Shown here piece by piece: positions 38,672-51,941 of a stretch of 64,000 bases of DNA. The DNA is from Leidyana gryllorum EB-2025a (taxonomy: Eukaryota > Protista > Apicomplexa). Under the pieces are notes generated by a model, which ran no database searches, had not been told where the DNA came from, and saw only the letters and a list, made by a program, of their open reading frames with translations. The stretch is from assembly GCA_048772705.1 (NCBI GenBank), contig JBLWGC010000115.1, positions 62,001-126,000 on the forward strand, read 5' to 3'. The translations under genes were made by a program, and so were the position numbers. Numbering within the stretch: position 1 is the stretch's first letter; every line of letters starts with the position of its first letter.

Positions 38672-41600
38672 TCAGACTGCTCCTTGCTTGAGTGCTTCAA
38701 CTGTGGCTACTCCTAAATTGACTAAGTTGCTGATTCCTCCAACAATCTGGGATGCCCGGTCCTCTTTGTTCGCCACCACGTCAGGAGAGTGGTTGTTCTG
38801 CCGTATTCTGCCCATCATCCACGAAGCTCCCTCAGTGAACGCTCTGAACAAGGCGTTTCCGCCCAGCTTCGTGAGAGGTTTATCAATCTCAATGCAAGCA
38901 CTCGTCAGCCGTGCAACGACCAGATTTATCACATTCGTCCAAGGAGAGGGCGACCGCTCTAACCATTCGAGCTCTTCAGTGCTGAAGTAACTTCTCCGCC
39001 CGACACACAGACTGAACGCCGGTTTTCCCATCACGTCTTGCAGCATACTCGTGATGGTTCCAGAGCTTCTGACAAACGGGTAGATGCCCACTTTCACAGT
39101 GTATTCGTTGTAACCAGGCCGCATATGGATATTGGGAACAGTGATGGGGCCCAGGGCGCTGCCTTGATACTGCCAATCCAGCAGAACAGGGCCGCTCTCG
39201 ATCTCCACATTTGTAGGATTATGATGGGCCAGCACGATACTGATCATTCCATCAGCATTGCTGCGATCGATCCGCAAGTCTTTGACCTTAATATGCTCCT
39301 CTCCTGAGCTTAGCAGGGCTGCGCCACCCGGCAAGGACATATTGTATTCCATTTTATCATTATGAAGGACGAAGGGAGGTTCGCTGGGGTCGCTTATCAA
39401 CACGTCAGCCTTCAGATCACCCCTCTTCAGACTCAAAGGGACTTCACGCCGAGTCACCATGTCAATCAAGAAATCCAGCAGGTTGGTGTTATCCTTCTTG
39501 GGCACAAACTGGTTCACCGTCGCAAACTCCTGAACTTGGTACCTCCCTTTCATCGGACCAAAGGTGGCAGTGAGGTGATTCCGACTCATTTCATCGTCAA
39601 TCATGATCGATCGGGCACTTGCTTCCGCGATACCGCCCCCATCAGCTCCGATCAGCACAGCATCGAGTGCCTCTATCTGATCCTGCAGCCCCAAATCTTT
39701 CAAAGCCTGTTCAGAAACCAGTATCCTCGATCCCAGCGAGCTCGACATGGCGGACATATCGCGAATTGAGGCCTTCAACTTGCCGATTTTCGATGAAAGC
39801 CCATTCTCCTTCTGAAAGTATATGTCACCTGACAGCGTCCCATTGGATATGATCGCTGTGTTGAATGGGTGCCAGAAAGCAAGCAGCATGGACCCGACAA
39901 GCTCCAGAGATGGCAAAGCATCGACAGCCTCCATGAAAACCGACTCGATAGGACCATCCCACAAAAGTCGCGCAACTCCGTCCAACTCTGTCATGACCGT
40001 TCCATCCGTCGAGATTTGGGGGGCTTCGAGCAGTACGGGAGCAGCAGGTTGCGGTACGCTCTCCAAACCTACTCCGGGCTGAGCCTCGGCCGGTTTCCCG
40101 TCCGCCACCCGAGCAAACTGTTTCAGGAAATTGACACCCATGGATCCAAGGAAGTCCGCCAGTCGAGCTGACCGCGGGGTTGACACTTCAGAGGAGAAAT
40201 CAACAATGGCAGAGGCAACCTCGTCAGCAGACACACCATCGTCAACAAAATACCTTCGCAAGCCTCGAGGGGTCTCGACGCCATAAGGGCTGTCGTCTCG
40301 GTCGCGGAGTATGGCGGCGTCGAAACCATCCGATACCTCTTCTTGTACACTAATAACCTCGACGCCATCATCACTCAATTGATAAAAGAAATCAGGCATG
40401 ACAGGGATGACATTGCTTCGAAGTTCATCGGAAAACGGAGGGGTCCCACTCAAGCGGCGCACAGTCGCTGGAATGCGTTCTTCATTATCTGCGTTTTGCA
40501 GAAACGGGCTGGTGTTAGGGCTCCCCTCGCCCGAGATATCTTCAGACACTACATTTTGATATACTGTTGTAAGATATTGTACGAGTGAGCGAAGCACTTC
40601 GAAAGTTTCGTCTTCATCCAACTTGATAGTGTCGGAGTTTAGCTCATTGATGTCACGAGTGACGTTCCGTTCAGACGGACTCGGCAGCAGGTGACGATGG
40701 CTACCAATGAACGACAAGTCGAGTTCGTTCGGGTCCGGAAGGGTGTCAGTAGGACCGCTCAGTGCAATCCACGTTGGTTCGTCAGGATGTTGGCCGGACA
40801 CATCTTCGCAAATATCGTCTGAATCTGCTTCGTCGGTCTCCAGTCGATGCAGTCGACGTCTGTTCCGACGTTCGCGACGTTTGTCAGCTCGACGAGCAAT
40901 CCGAGCGTTCATGTTGCCCCCAGCCGTCTCTGGGAAGGCGGGCAGATTGGTGTAATAGTCGTTGCCTGCTTGGTAGGTAGCGATCGCCTCCTCAGATGGT
41001 GAGCGAGACGGCGCTAAACGTATGTGCAGAAGATGTAAACCTTGCACGATCTGGGATCTGTGCTCAGTTCCTGATGAGATATCAGTTTCAAAGGTCAAAC
41101 TCGAGAGTGCAGCAGTCAGAAGATTGGGCGATGAGTACAGAGGCGGTTCCCCTCGAACTCGGATATGCGCAGTTCCAGTTGATAACAGATCCTCAATGAA
41201 AGGAATGAGTGTCGGGGAATTAGTATCCAGTCGACCCTGGAAGGTAGCGCGGTTCGGTCCCATGGCGAAGGGAATGTTAGGCGTCTCTAACGAGGCCACA
41301 GTGCTGCTGCGATACAAAATGGATATCCTTAAGGGTCCCAAGTCGTCGATATGAATGGTTCCAGGGTTCAGTAAGCTGGCGGTAACTGTTAAAGCAATAC
41401 CGTCGGCGGCTGTATAATCACCAAGCTCCATGCTGTCTACAGTCATGAACTCTTCACTCCCCTTCCCTTGCATTGCGTCGCTGAGCTCTTGAGAAGAGAA
41501 CTCGAACACCTAAGTCAAATGTGGAAGTAGCGGCAGAGAAACAAAGCGCTTACGCGATAGAAATCGACGTTGGGGAACGGTAACCCCAATATCCGAGGAG

Positions 41601-42416
41601 AAGCTTTACCTTTCATCAGCCAGACAGGTGCTTCTGTGCCAGAGAAGAATTGCAGCATGAAGCGGGTGAAGGCATCGGGGTCGAGCACCTCCAACTCTCC
41701 TGTCAGCTCCTCCCAAGCATCCTTGCCGGCGACTGAGAAAGCCCCCATACGCAACTGCCCCAACACCTCACGAGCCGTTGCAGAGCGTTCCACACGAGCC
41801 GGACTTAGCCACCGTGAGAGTCCTTCTTCGGACAAAACCGGCGCGAAAGATGTCAGCTGGTGGAACCTAGCGGATTCACGAGACATACTCGGCAACTCCA
41901 CATGCTCTACTTGCATAGCCAACGGATTCATGTGGCATCGTAAAGGGGCAGCGCTCCGGATATGTGCGTCGATAACGAATGATAGACGGTTAGGGCCCGA
42001 CTGGAACATGTGCACTTGGGACATCGCTACTTCTGACTGGGAGTCATGGTGTGATGAGTGCCCTGGAAGAAATGGCTTACGTAGTATTGATAAGCGGCGA
42101 TGGTGGCAGGTACATAGTAGAAATACGCTGTGCAGGCGGCAACGATAACACATGCTATCACTCCGACAGCTATGGCCTCGAGATACTTGATGCGGGGAGT
42201 CAGACAAGATGCTCCGGTGGGCGGAGGGTCGCTGGGCTCTCTGCCCTCTTTGCGTCGACCATCTGTGGTCGTAGTAGTCTCAAGGCACAGATTCACGGTT
42301 TCAGCATTAAATGCTGCGTCATCCAGCATCCGCACGTGAATGACATCGCTATTTTGGTGACAATCGTTGGAACTAGCTGACTTGTCTGCTTTCTCAAGAT
42401 CTACCCGCTCCTGCAT
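38672..42416 (-). CDS. Single-pass membrane protein with DUF3712/Tag1-like (LEA2-like) beta-sandwich repeats; 3 exons
   Basis: N-terminal TM segment IAVGVIACVIVAACTAYFYY. DPDAFTRF..WLMKGKA..VDF, LLNPGTIHIDDLGPL and HNPTNVEIESGPV..YQGSALG..IHMRPGYN resemble DUF3712-type repeats. Confidence 0.55.
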
Positions 42417-42472
42417 TCTCCCTCCACGTGTACGTGTTTGTTTTCCGCGCTCGGAGATAGAGCCAAGCCCCC

Positions 42473-43927
42473 TCACTCTTCCCACCACAGCTTGGGACTA
42501 TCTGGCAGTCTGGCTGTCAGTATCTCACACCCTGCAAACATGTGCAACTGTCGAATCGTCCCACTCACCTTCTTCGGTGATAAGAATCTGGTGTTCGAAC
42601 TGAGCGGAGCGCTTCCCATCAACAGTCACTGCCGTCCACTGGTCGGGCCACATTTCGTCTTGATACTTTCCGCTATTGATCATAGGTTCCACAGTAAAGA
42701 CTTGTCCCGCCTGCATCAAACCCTTTGCCTTGTTGTGACGGTAGTGTGGAACGTTCGGTGTAGTGTGGAACAACTCCCCGATGCCGTGTCCGCAGTATGT
42801 CGTGATCACAGAGAAGCTGTAAGCGACAAAGTGGCAATACGTTTGACTTGTTGCTCTTACCCTTGCGGTTCCACCACATCAGCGATCGCTTTGCCCACAT
42901 TTCGAACCATCTCCTTGGGTTTACACTGAGAGAAACTGTGGTCGCCTTGTCTCTGTCCACTTACAATAGCTATACCGGCCATCATGCCGTCGTGGGCAGC
43001 CTTGATAAGGCGCTTGCTATCTTCGTCCACAGTGCCCACGCAGAATGTCTCATTGAGATCACCGTGCATTCCATCGAGGAACACCGAAACATCTACGTTT
43101 ATGATGTCACCGTCTTCCAGAGGTCTCAGGTCCGGGATGCCGTGGCAGACGACCTCATTGACGGAACTGGAGGCAAAGGCGCTTTAAAGTCCACCAGCTG
43201 ACCTCGACAACTCACGTGCAAATCGATTTTGGAAATCCGTAGTATCCCAGAGGTGATGGATAGGCCCCATTGCTGGTGATAAAGGTGAACAGGGCATTGT
43301 CTATCTCTTCTGGCGTGGTCCCCACTTTGCACATTGTATGTGCTAAATCCAGCGCCTTGCGGCCAAGTAGGCAGACTTTCCTGATTCGCTGAGACGAGTC
43401 CTATGTTCTCAGCAATCACTGAGCGCTGTTGCTTACCTCAACCTCACTTGGCGTATGAATCTTGGCCGCCCCGCCTCTGGCGCGCTCTTCAGCAAGTGAG
43501 CGACCACCCGGCCTATTCACATAGTCAGGTAGGGCGATGTGGGCTGGCACATCAGCCGGCAGACTGCGCGGGTACGGTCTCAACGGCCCAGTGAATTTAT
43601 ATTCCTTGAAACGCATCATATTGAAGTCTCTGGTCCACGTCGAAGGGTCGGCTGGATTGAAGCCGAGCTCCATGGACTTCTTGCCGACTGTTATGGTGGG
43701 TTCATCTGTTGTGTTGGTGGCAGCCACAGCCTGGGCATGTTTGGCGCTGTGTGTCTTCCAACTGGCTTTGAAGCAGTCCTATTGAATAGATTTGAGTTGA
43801 GTGTCGGGGAAGAGGTGTGACGTACGGTTCCACAGAAATATCCGCCCTCTAATTTGAGCGACAAACACTTCGGACACCTCAACTTGGTGTCGAGTTGCTT
43901 GCCACAGCCCTCACAAACCAGCTCCAT
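42473..43927 (-). CDS. MAP1: Methionine aminopeptidase 1 with N-terminal zinc finger; multi-exon
   Basis: [60 protein letters not shown]. Ends KLWWEE* at 42473. Confidence 0.95.
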
Positions 43928-43959
43928 GGTACAAAAAAACTAGTCCCACGCTTGAAACC

Positions 43960-44310
43960 ATGTCTGGCCAGGTGAGAACCACTTTTAATCACTCCTTCAG
44001 GATGCCCTTTGTCAGATGGACCTTCAAGCGCTCAATCCGAAGCCATTTCTTATGAAGTTGATCGACCGGCAGGTCGCTGTTCGACTAAAATGGGGTTTGG
44101 AATACCGAGGTGGGAAGTTTCCTTTTAGATGTGTGACAACTTCCCCTCTCTTCAGGAAAGTTGGTATCCTTCGATAACTACATGAATTTTCAATTGTCGA
44201 ATGCCGAAGAGTATGTTGACGGCCAGTTCAAAGGGCAGTTGGGCGAGCTTTTCATCCGCTGCAATAATGTCTTCTGGGTTAAGGGAATAGAACCCGAGCC
44301 AAGTAGCTAG
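43960..44310 (+). CDS. SNRPF: Small nuclear ribonucleoprotein SmF; 3 exons, not in the ORF track
   Basis: Spliced product MSGQ|[31 protein letters not shown]|[42 protein letters not shown]. Confidence 0.93.
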
Positions 44311-44373
44311 CTGTCCTACGATCTATAAACAGAACAATAAATCTATCAGTGTTGTATGGTAGCTAGTGCCAAC

Positions 44374-45806
44374 ATGGCCGAACCTCTGCTTGAAGAGGTC
44401 AAAGTGAGACCCACCTCATTTCCCCTCTCCACCATCCTTCTCAGGACTCCGATGTGGAGTACTTCTCGGATGTGGGAGTAAGTCGAAGCATCAATGTATC
44501 CCATCTACTCACGAACAACAACAGTTCTACCCGGATATCCTCAGCAAGAAACCCCAGCGCACGGCTCGCAAACGAGCGGACATCCAAGCCACAGCGCGTG
44601 CTAAGCCGGATCGCATCAAGCCCACAGGCGAGGTTTGGGCTTGCTGCTGCTCCTCCGAGATCGTGAGCGAACGATTGAGCGCCCCGTCCAATCCGAATAC
44701 TAGCTGCTCAATCCCTTGCAACAAGCCGCGCGGCGAAGGGTGCTCAGTTCCTCCAAAATTGAGTTGAAGTGAGGTCGCGCTAGTTAGCCCCACGCGCTTC
44801 GCAGATTCGAGACATTCTTCAGTGATGTTTTCTTCGCTTGGATTGACATCCCCGAGCCCTACTGGGCCCAGGGTAGCATGAATACTGGGCCAGGAGCTGA
44901 CTCTCCCCTAACGTCGCAGAAGCGCGCGGTCGTCTTCATCTTCAAGTTCGGTAAGAACTGTTGACATCAATCAACACAAGCCGTCAAGGCTGCATCGCTG
45001 CGTGGGATCTGCCCCCGCCTTTACAAAAGGATTTGATTATATTGCTGGAGCCGTACTTGCAAGACCCTATAGAACCGGTGGAAGAAGACTCTATGAGCTT
45101 TGTGTGGGCCTATCAGCGCGCTATCCGTCAAGACGTAATTCATCTGGTCTCTGAGGACCACTTTGAGCGACTCGCGTATTCTTATGCATTCGCGCAAAGC
45201 TGCAAACTGTCCGTTTTCGAGGAGCGTGTCGAACAAACTATCGATCGTACACGGTCAGTGCCTGGTGAGCTTGTAATCAAATCAGCGTAAGCAATGCTGA
45301 ACGTGAACAGAGAACTTGGCACGAACGGGGAAGATCTCAGCTAATCGTGATGAGATATCAAAGCGGATCGGCGAGTTGTTCATAGTTCGATTTTACATCA
45401 ATTTGCACACTGACATCCTGGACACACCAGGTGGGACATGGCGTCAGAGGCCTGTGACACACTCTCGATTCGAACAGACGTGTTTTGGGAGTTCGACGAG
45501 TTTGCTGATCATTACACCTCGTGTCGAAGCTACCTCGAGTTACCAAAACGCGTGGAGATTCTGAATCAGCGGTAAGTGGTCCTGCTTTCTGGGACAAAGG
45601 TGGGCAGACTGGACATCATGAAAGATTTATATGATATGTTGAATCAAGAGTTGACAATCCAGGTGTGTGTGATTGGTTGTCGGTACCTTACATTCTTGTA
45701 GCACGGCTACAAATTGGAGTGGATAGTTATTTACCTGATCTGTGTCGAGGTATTCATCTCGGTGGTTTGGAACATTCTTATTCGTGATGTGCTCAAGCTC
45801 GTGTGA
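44374..45806 (+). CDS. RMND1/Rmd1 (DUF155) family protein; multi-exon
   Basis: VFIFKF|GCI, RLAYSYAFAQSCKLSVFEE, IGELFIVRFYINL..DILDTP|DVFWE, YLELPKRVEILNQR, C-terminal LEWIVIYLICVE. Confidence 0.88.
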
Positions 45807-45907
45807 ATGTGCACGCGCAGTGGTTTTCCGATGGGGTCCCTGCCTCTCTCGGTGTTTGTTTGTGTAGTGTCTGTCCTGTGTGCATTTATCTAGTCTGTCG
45901 TCCCCCG

Positions 45908-47366
45908 ATGGAGAGTTTTCGGTTTGTGAAGAAACGGGGTGAGGGGACATTTGCCGAAGTGTGGGAGGTAGAGGACAGGGAGAGCGGCCTCCGCGCGGCG
46001 CTGAAAATCCTCAAGAAGAAGTTCACGGGGGTATTCGAGGTCTTCCAAGACGCCGAGTTTGTGACATTGTGTCAATTCTCGTGCCGATGGGGCTGCAACG
46101 ACCTGACCTTGGACCGCGCCAAGTCCCATAGGGGCGACAAGCCCTTGTTGGGACGCTTCGGTGGTCTTGGCGGGAAAGGCTCTGCACTGTTCCATCCGCA
46201 TTTAACCGGAATGTACGACGCTTTCTTCGAGCCACGAGACGGAAGAGTCGTGTTTGTCCTGGAGCTTCTTGGTCAATCGCTCCTGGACGAGATCATGGAA
46301 CGCAAAGCCGAGCGTTCTAGAGCTCAACTCAATCAATGGCGCTACCCCCTATCGAACGGAGAGCGGACGTCGCGAATTCCGAAGCAGCCCACGACTTTGT
46401 TTCATGAGGGCGAAGTTAGGATTTTGCTGTTCCAGATCTTAAGTGGGATCAATGACTTGCATACCCGTGGAATATTTCATCGGGATATCAAACCAGAGAA
46501 CATCCTTTTCCATTTGCCTCCTGAGGAGGGAAAACGGCCCGTTCCGCTTCGCCTAAAGCTTGCTGATTTTGGCTCCTGTCAGTTCAGCGATCGTCAATCA
46601 CTGGAAGCGGAACTGGCAGACGATACTCCAACCACTCGAAACAGTGAGGGAGGCTGTTCCCCGCCGCCGCCTCCGGCACATCGTCATACAGCGTACACCG
46701 AGTATATAGCAACGCGATGGTATCGCAGCCCAGAGTGTCTTTTGACTGCTGGGCATTATGGACCCTCTATGGATCTGTGGGCTTCTGGGTGTGTGGCGAT
46801 CGAGCTTCTGACTGGTCAGCCGTTTTTCCCTGGCCAAAACGAGACTCACCAACTTCAGCTGATCCACGAGATGTTTGGTAAGTACTGGGAGCACCCGCCT
46901 GGGGCAGTGACGTTTATCGTGATTCTCCTCAGGAACTCCGTCGAGGACTGAAGTCGAGCGACATATCGGACCCATAGGGTCTCACGTGGCACAAATTGCG
47001 AGTTTTGCGACGAACGAGGTAGAGTGCAGTATCAGACGGTCCAATTCGCGCACGTTATGGAAGAAGTCTGAGGACGGCGTCACTACGTCCACAGGGAGTG
47101 AAGACGAGCCGCTGCTGAAGACAAAGTTTCTTCAGCGTCGGTTGTTACGTCGACAGTCTCTTGTGGCTCCACCGCCTCCGACGTTCCCCAGTGTTCGCCA
47201 CTGGCAGGAGAAAGTGGTGCCAAACATCAACAGGGGGGAAGTTTCAGACTCCTTATCGGATTTGCTTCATCGCTTGCTCGCCTATTACCCGTCACAACGC
47301 ATCAGCGCAGCCGATGCTCTACACCATCCCTTCTTCTCAGACCTTTCTTCGCGGAGATGTTCCTGA
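45908..47366 (+). CDS. MOK: CMGC kinase of the MOK/LF4 (RCK) type; 2 exons
   Basis: KRGEGTFAEV, FHRDIKPEN, LADFGS, YTEYIATRWYRSPECLLT, FPGQNETHQL, ISAADALHHPFF. Confidence 0.8.
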
Positions 47367-47406
47367 CCACCAAGTTTCGCCCAAGTCCGTAAAAAATTCC
47401 ACCGTA

Positions 47407-49295
47407 ATGGAGCCTGCCGAGCTTCCTAGACCAGATGCTGCGAAGCTCAGGAGTACAATAATAGAGGAGGTATGTAATGCTGAGAGCAGTCTGGTACTCA
47501 AAAAATCCTTCAGCTGTGTCAGCAATGTGTGGTCGATGTATTTGAGGCTCAACACAATGATGCTAATGAAGATTTGGACACATTGTTAGGTCAATTAGCG
47601 TCGGCCATTAATATCCAGCACTGGTATCACCCCGATAAACGGAAGACAATGCACTGGTTACCCAGCGATCCCTACTATCTCCAAAATTACGCCAGGTGCG
47701 TTGGCCTACATCCTATTGAGCGCTGAAAAAGGGTGCCTCCTTCCACAGATGGAAGGACTTCTTATTATTGGAGGCGCAGTCCATGCTGACTGTGACCAGT
47801 CAACTCACAGCCTTCGAGCTTCGCTCTTTGATTCTGAGCCGGGGTGACCATATATTGAACGAGTTGCAGAGAACTGCGTTGGCCGCGTATGGTGATGCAC
47901 TTCTTCGCAAGTTTGCCTCCCGGTTGCACATCGAGGCCGAAGTGATGGACAAACTCCTGAGTGTTTATGCCCAGAACACTGCTGAGGGAGAACTCGCCTC
48001 ATTTCTTCCGTCAGAAACGGGTATAGGCTTCATTTTGAGGGACCGGGGAGGTGCTGCGGAGGAAGATCTCGGCATCATTTCGTTTGATTGCATAACAAAT
48101 ACACGAGAACCAGACCATATGATCAAACTGCTCACTCTCAAGTCCATCTTCAGTCGACAGCTCCCCAAGATGCCTCGCGAGTATATAGCCCGACTGACTT
48201 TTGACAGACACCACTACAGCTTCTGTCTGTTAAAGAAGAACAAAGTTATCGGCGGAGTATGCTTTCGTCCGTTCTTTGCGAAAAAGTTCGCTGAAATAGT
48301 GTTCTTGGCCGTCACGAGCACCGAACAGGTCAAGGGATATGGTACCCGCTTAATGAATCACCTGAAGGAGTTCGTTAGACATCGCGGTATCGAGTGCTTC
48401 CTCACATATGCGGACAACTTCGCTCTCGGCTACTTCCGTAAACAAGGTTTCAGCTCGAGGATCAGTCTGGACAAGAGCCGTTGGGGGGGATACATCAAAG
48501 AGTACGATGGGGGTACCCTCATGGAATGCCATATCTGCCCCCATATAAACTATCTACAACTGGGAGAGATTTTTATCAACCAGAGACGCCAAGTCCACCA
48601 AGCTATGCGACTAATCAAAACCCTTTCGGTTCATTCTGGCGCGGCTGTTTGGACCTCGGCGCAGCTTAGGCCCCCTTCCGCTCCGAAACAGGAAGGTGCG
48701 ATGGTTGTCAAAGAGGAAGAGAAAGCGATAGAGGAAGGGGTGATGCAGATCGATCCGGCCAGCATCCCCGGCTTTGTCGAAGCAGGGTGGACACCGGAGT
48801 TAAATCTGCAGCGTAAAAAGTAAGAGTTGAAGCTCCTCGGCATATGACTGACAATTCCTTCTTCTCAGAGATCCGCTCCCCTTAAATGAACAGATATTGA
48901 AAGTCATAGAGACCATGAATGGGAATGAAAGCGCATGGCCCTTCCGCAAACCGGTCACACGAGCGGAAGCTCCTGACTATTTGGATCATATAAAACAGCC
49001 TATGGATATCAGTACAATGCGCAAAAACGCACGGAATAAAGGTATGATCGAGATGATAATACGGCTGGGCGGCGATACACAACACTTCTTCCTTCAGTAT
49101 ATAAGAGCAAGGCTGAATTCGGCGCCCACTTGAAATTGATGTTCGATAACTGCCGATTCTATAATCAAGCGAACACAATTTGGTATAAACTGGCAGATGA
49201 GTTAGAAGCGTAAGTGGTGGCTGTCCAAATCCCAAATAGCTGCCGGTTCCTTCAGAGCAATTTGGCCAAAATATTTGGACATAGAGGAAACGTGA
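47407..49295 (+). CDS. GCN5: GCN5 histone acetyltransferase with bromodomain; multi-exon
   Basis: FSRQLPKMPREYIARL, EIVFLAVTSTEQVKGYG, TYADNFA, YEGG-like YDGGTLMEC; bromodomain AWPFRKPV..APDY..PMD..LMFDNCRFYN. Stop TGA at 49293-49295. Confidence 0.95.
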
Positions 49296-49314
49296 CAGTG
49301 GTCAAGCAATTGTA

Positions 49315-49607
49315 ATGGCTCAGAAACCGTTGACTAAGAAGCCCGGGACGCCCACCAGCGCCACCAAGAGGAAGAATGCCCCCAAGAAGCCAACCGCACC
49401 ACTCAATCATGTGGTCAAGAAGCTGAGACCGGTATGTTTTAGACTTCGCACACACGGGTATAACGTGGATGGTAGGGTGTCAAACCAGTTGGTATAAAGG
49501 CAATCGAGGGGCAGGTGGCCGGGCTGGCTGCTGGAAACAATGAGTACATGAAGATTGTGAAGCCTGGGGTGGGCACCTTAACGAACAAGAAAAGAAAGGC
49601 TACCTGA
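49315..49607 (+). CDS. Small basic protein, UPF0390/C19orf53-like; 2 exons
   Basis: MAQKPLTKKP...KKLRP|GVKPVGIKAIEGQVAGLAAG..MKIVKP, with intron 49432-49475. The pattern resembles C19orf53. Confidence 0.6.
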
Positions 49608-49609
49608 GT

Positions 49610-51897
49610 CTAGTGGCTGGAGAAGAGGAGATCAGGATGTCGATCCTCCAAGTTGTCGCTGGGAATCGTGCACAATCTGTTCTGATTTGGAGAGGGTCCC
49701 CCTAGTTTGATTGAGCTCTGCGCCTGTTTGGCGGCAGCAATTCCTACAGCGTTCTTCAGACCTTTTCCAGACTGGCTGCGAAGCGGACCGCCACCATACG
49801 AAACAGCGTTCTTCATCGTTGTTGGGAGTCCCCTCTCAACGTCACTCTCACTGTTGCGTCTGGGTCGGTCACCAACATCTTCTCTTGCATTGTTATTTTC
49901 ACCCTCGCTTTTGCGACTCACAAATGCCGCCCCACCACCCTCGCACGAATCCGTCTCATCAATCAGCCGTCGTTGGAGATCCTGTAGGCGTGGGCCCAAA
50001 GCCTTGTTGGTGCTCGGACGGACGTCGCGAATCTTCCGTACATTTCGTGCCAGAAGAAGAACGTCGCCCTCTTGTGCTGCGGAATCCAATGGTCGTCGCA
50101 CACTGTTCATGCGCGGGCCACTTGCCGCGCCTGTATTTCCCATCACATTGCTAGTAGATCCGGTCAGTGCTCCTCCGATCGCTGTAGTGGTCTTCTGTAC
50201 CAGGACGCTTGGGCTCCAAGTGTAGTCACTAGAGTCAACTGACAAAGACCGTCCCACGTTCTTTGATGGTATTAGAGTGGATGTGTAGTTATCAAATTCA
50301 TCATAGATCTCTTCTTGGATCAGCTCTTCGATCACGTCCTGATCAGAACTCAGTGCCTCGCTCAGCTGCTGTCGCTCACCTCTAGAGTTGCAATTCCTAG
50401 CAGTCGATTAGGTCCGCAGGGACCATCGTCAGGAACCTCGGGAAGTTGCCAAGCTTGCATCTGCCACTCTGGGTTGGTTGTAACGAAAGCCATGTGTCGT
50501 CCCCGCTGAAATTCGTTCAAGAGATCATAGAGCTGCAGGTTAGGCAGACAAAAGACGGGCATTCGACCTGTCTTCATGATGTCTCCTACGCGCACCACTT
50601 CTGCGGCGACGATCAAATGACGCATTTCCGGTCAGATCAATTCAGCGGCTCCTTACCTTCATTCGACTCGAAAACGATGAGAGATTTGACTAAAAGTAAT
50701 CCCTTGACATTGTGTCGATGATTCTTATATATGGGTATGCGCGAATGCCCCTTCTACAGAGCAGTCGATTCAATCTTCGGGTCACTGTGAGAATGATGGA
50801 CGACTCACCTCCAGAATCTCTCTTCGTAATTCGCTGGTGACGACTGTATCCCACTCCTGGCAGAGAGCATGGAGGGGGTGCAGATTATCCGTGGGACTCA
50901 CGAGCATATACACGTCTGACAAGGGAACCATGATCTCGCGCACATGTTTTGTGGCCAGATCCAGGGCGCCTTCGATCACTACGACTTCATCCGCCCCCAA
51001 AGCTGAGTCCAATGCGACTGGAGACCCCCACTAGCAGTACGTCTCTCCCACAAAGCTCTCTTACCGTCACCCTGCAGTGCGTAGTCCTCGTGCAAGTCCC
51101 CCTGGGCTCTATTACCCTTTTGATGTAATCGTATCAATGCTTTCAGATGCGAACGGGCATAGAAAGTCTGTTCCGTGTGACCTGGCGAGCTATTTATTTG
51201 GGGTATTATAGATGAGGTATTCTCACCAAGAATAGCATCGAGTATTCGGGCGATTGGCCAGGACAGCAAGTAAAAGGCGACGATCAGAAGGTTAACCAAC
51301 GGGAGCGATTTCTGTATTGGGTCGGGTCGAGTCGAGGATAGTCTCACATGCTACGGCCTACCATCACGATTGGAATTTGCCATTTCCCAGTACACAGCGC
51401 TTGTGGTAGAATTTCACCAAACAAGAGAATAGCAGACACAGAGAGGAGCACTGCCATGTATTCTGGAACACATTTGTTCAAGAAGAGCGGAAGTGCCTCC
51501 ATGGCGATGGCGTTTGCCAAGAGTAACGTAACAAGTAACAGATGATGCTGACTGAGTATCCGTTCCAGCCGTGCAGCTCTGAGTGTGTCAAGATCTCTGC
51601 GGGTCAGCCTCTCTCGGGCGCGACTCACTGATTACGCTCCTCTTGAGTCCCCTCTTCCATTAAAACTTTGAGCTGAATGGGATCGATAGACAATAGGCCA
51701 ACGGTCATTCCAGATGCAAAGCCTGCAAACGCGACCAGGAAGATTGACACTCCAATATTATAAGCAGTAGCATGTTCCTCCAGAGCTCCGCCCAGAATAT
51801 GCTCGATTCTATCGGTCGGATCAGGTGTGACCGCGGATCTTATATGTGCTGCCCTCACTGCTGCAGCGAATACGAGTGCCCGCATCATCATTGGCAT
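49610..51897 (-). CDS. CNNM/DUF21 plus CBS domain metal-transporter-like protein; multi-exon
   Basis: AGFASGMTVGLLSID, HLLLVTLLLANAIAMEALP, FGEILPQALC, IEGALDL, GHSRIP, LLNEFQRGRHMAFV, GIATLE..IEELIQEEIYDE. Confidence 0.92.
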
Positions 51898-51941
51898 CTT
51901 TGATTGGGCCAGCCCTATCTGGGCTCCCGAAAAATTAGAGT

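Noticed and set aside
49313-49317. TAATG stop-start overlap between GCN5 and the next gene
   Set aside because: With the last intron spliced, GCN5 stops at TGA 49293-95. The TAA is in another frame.
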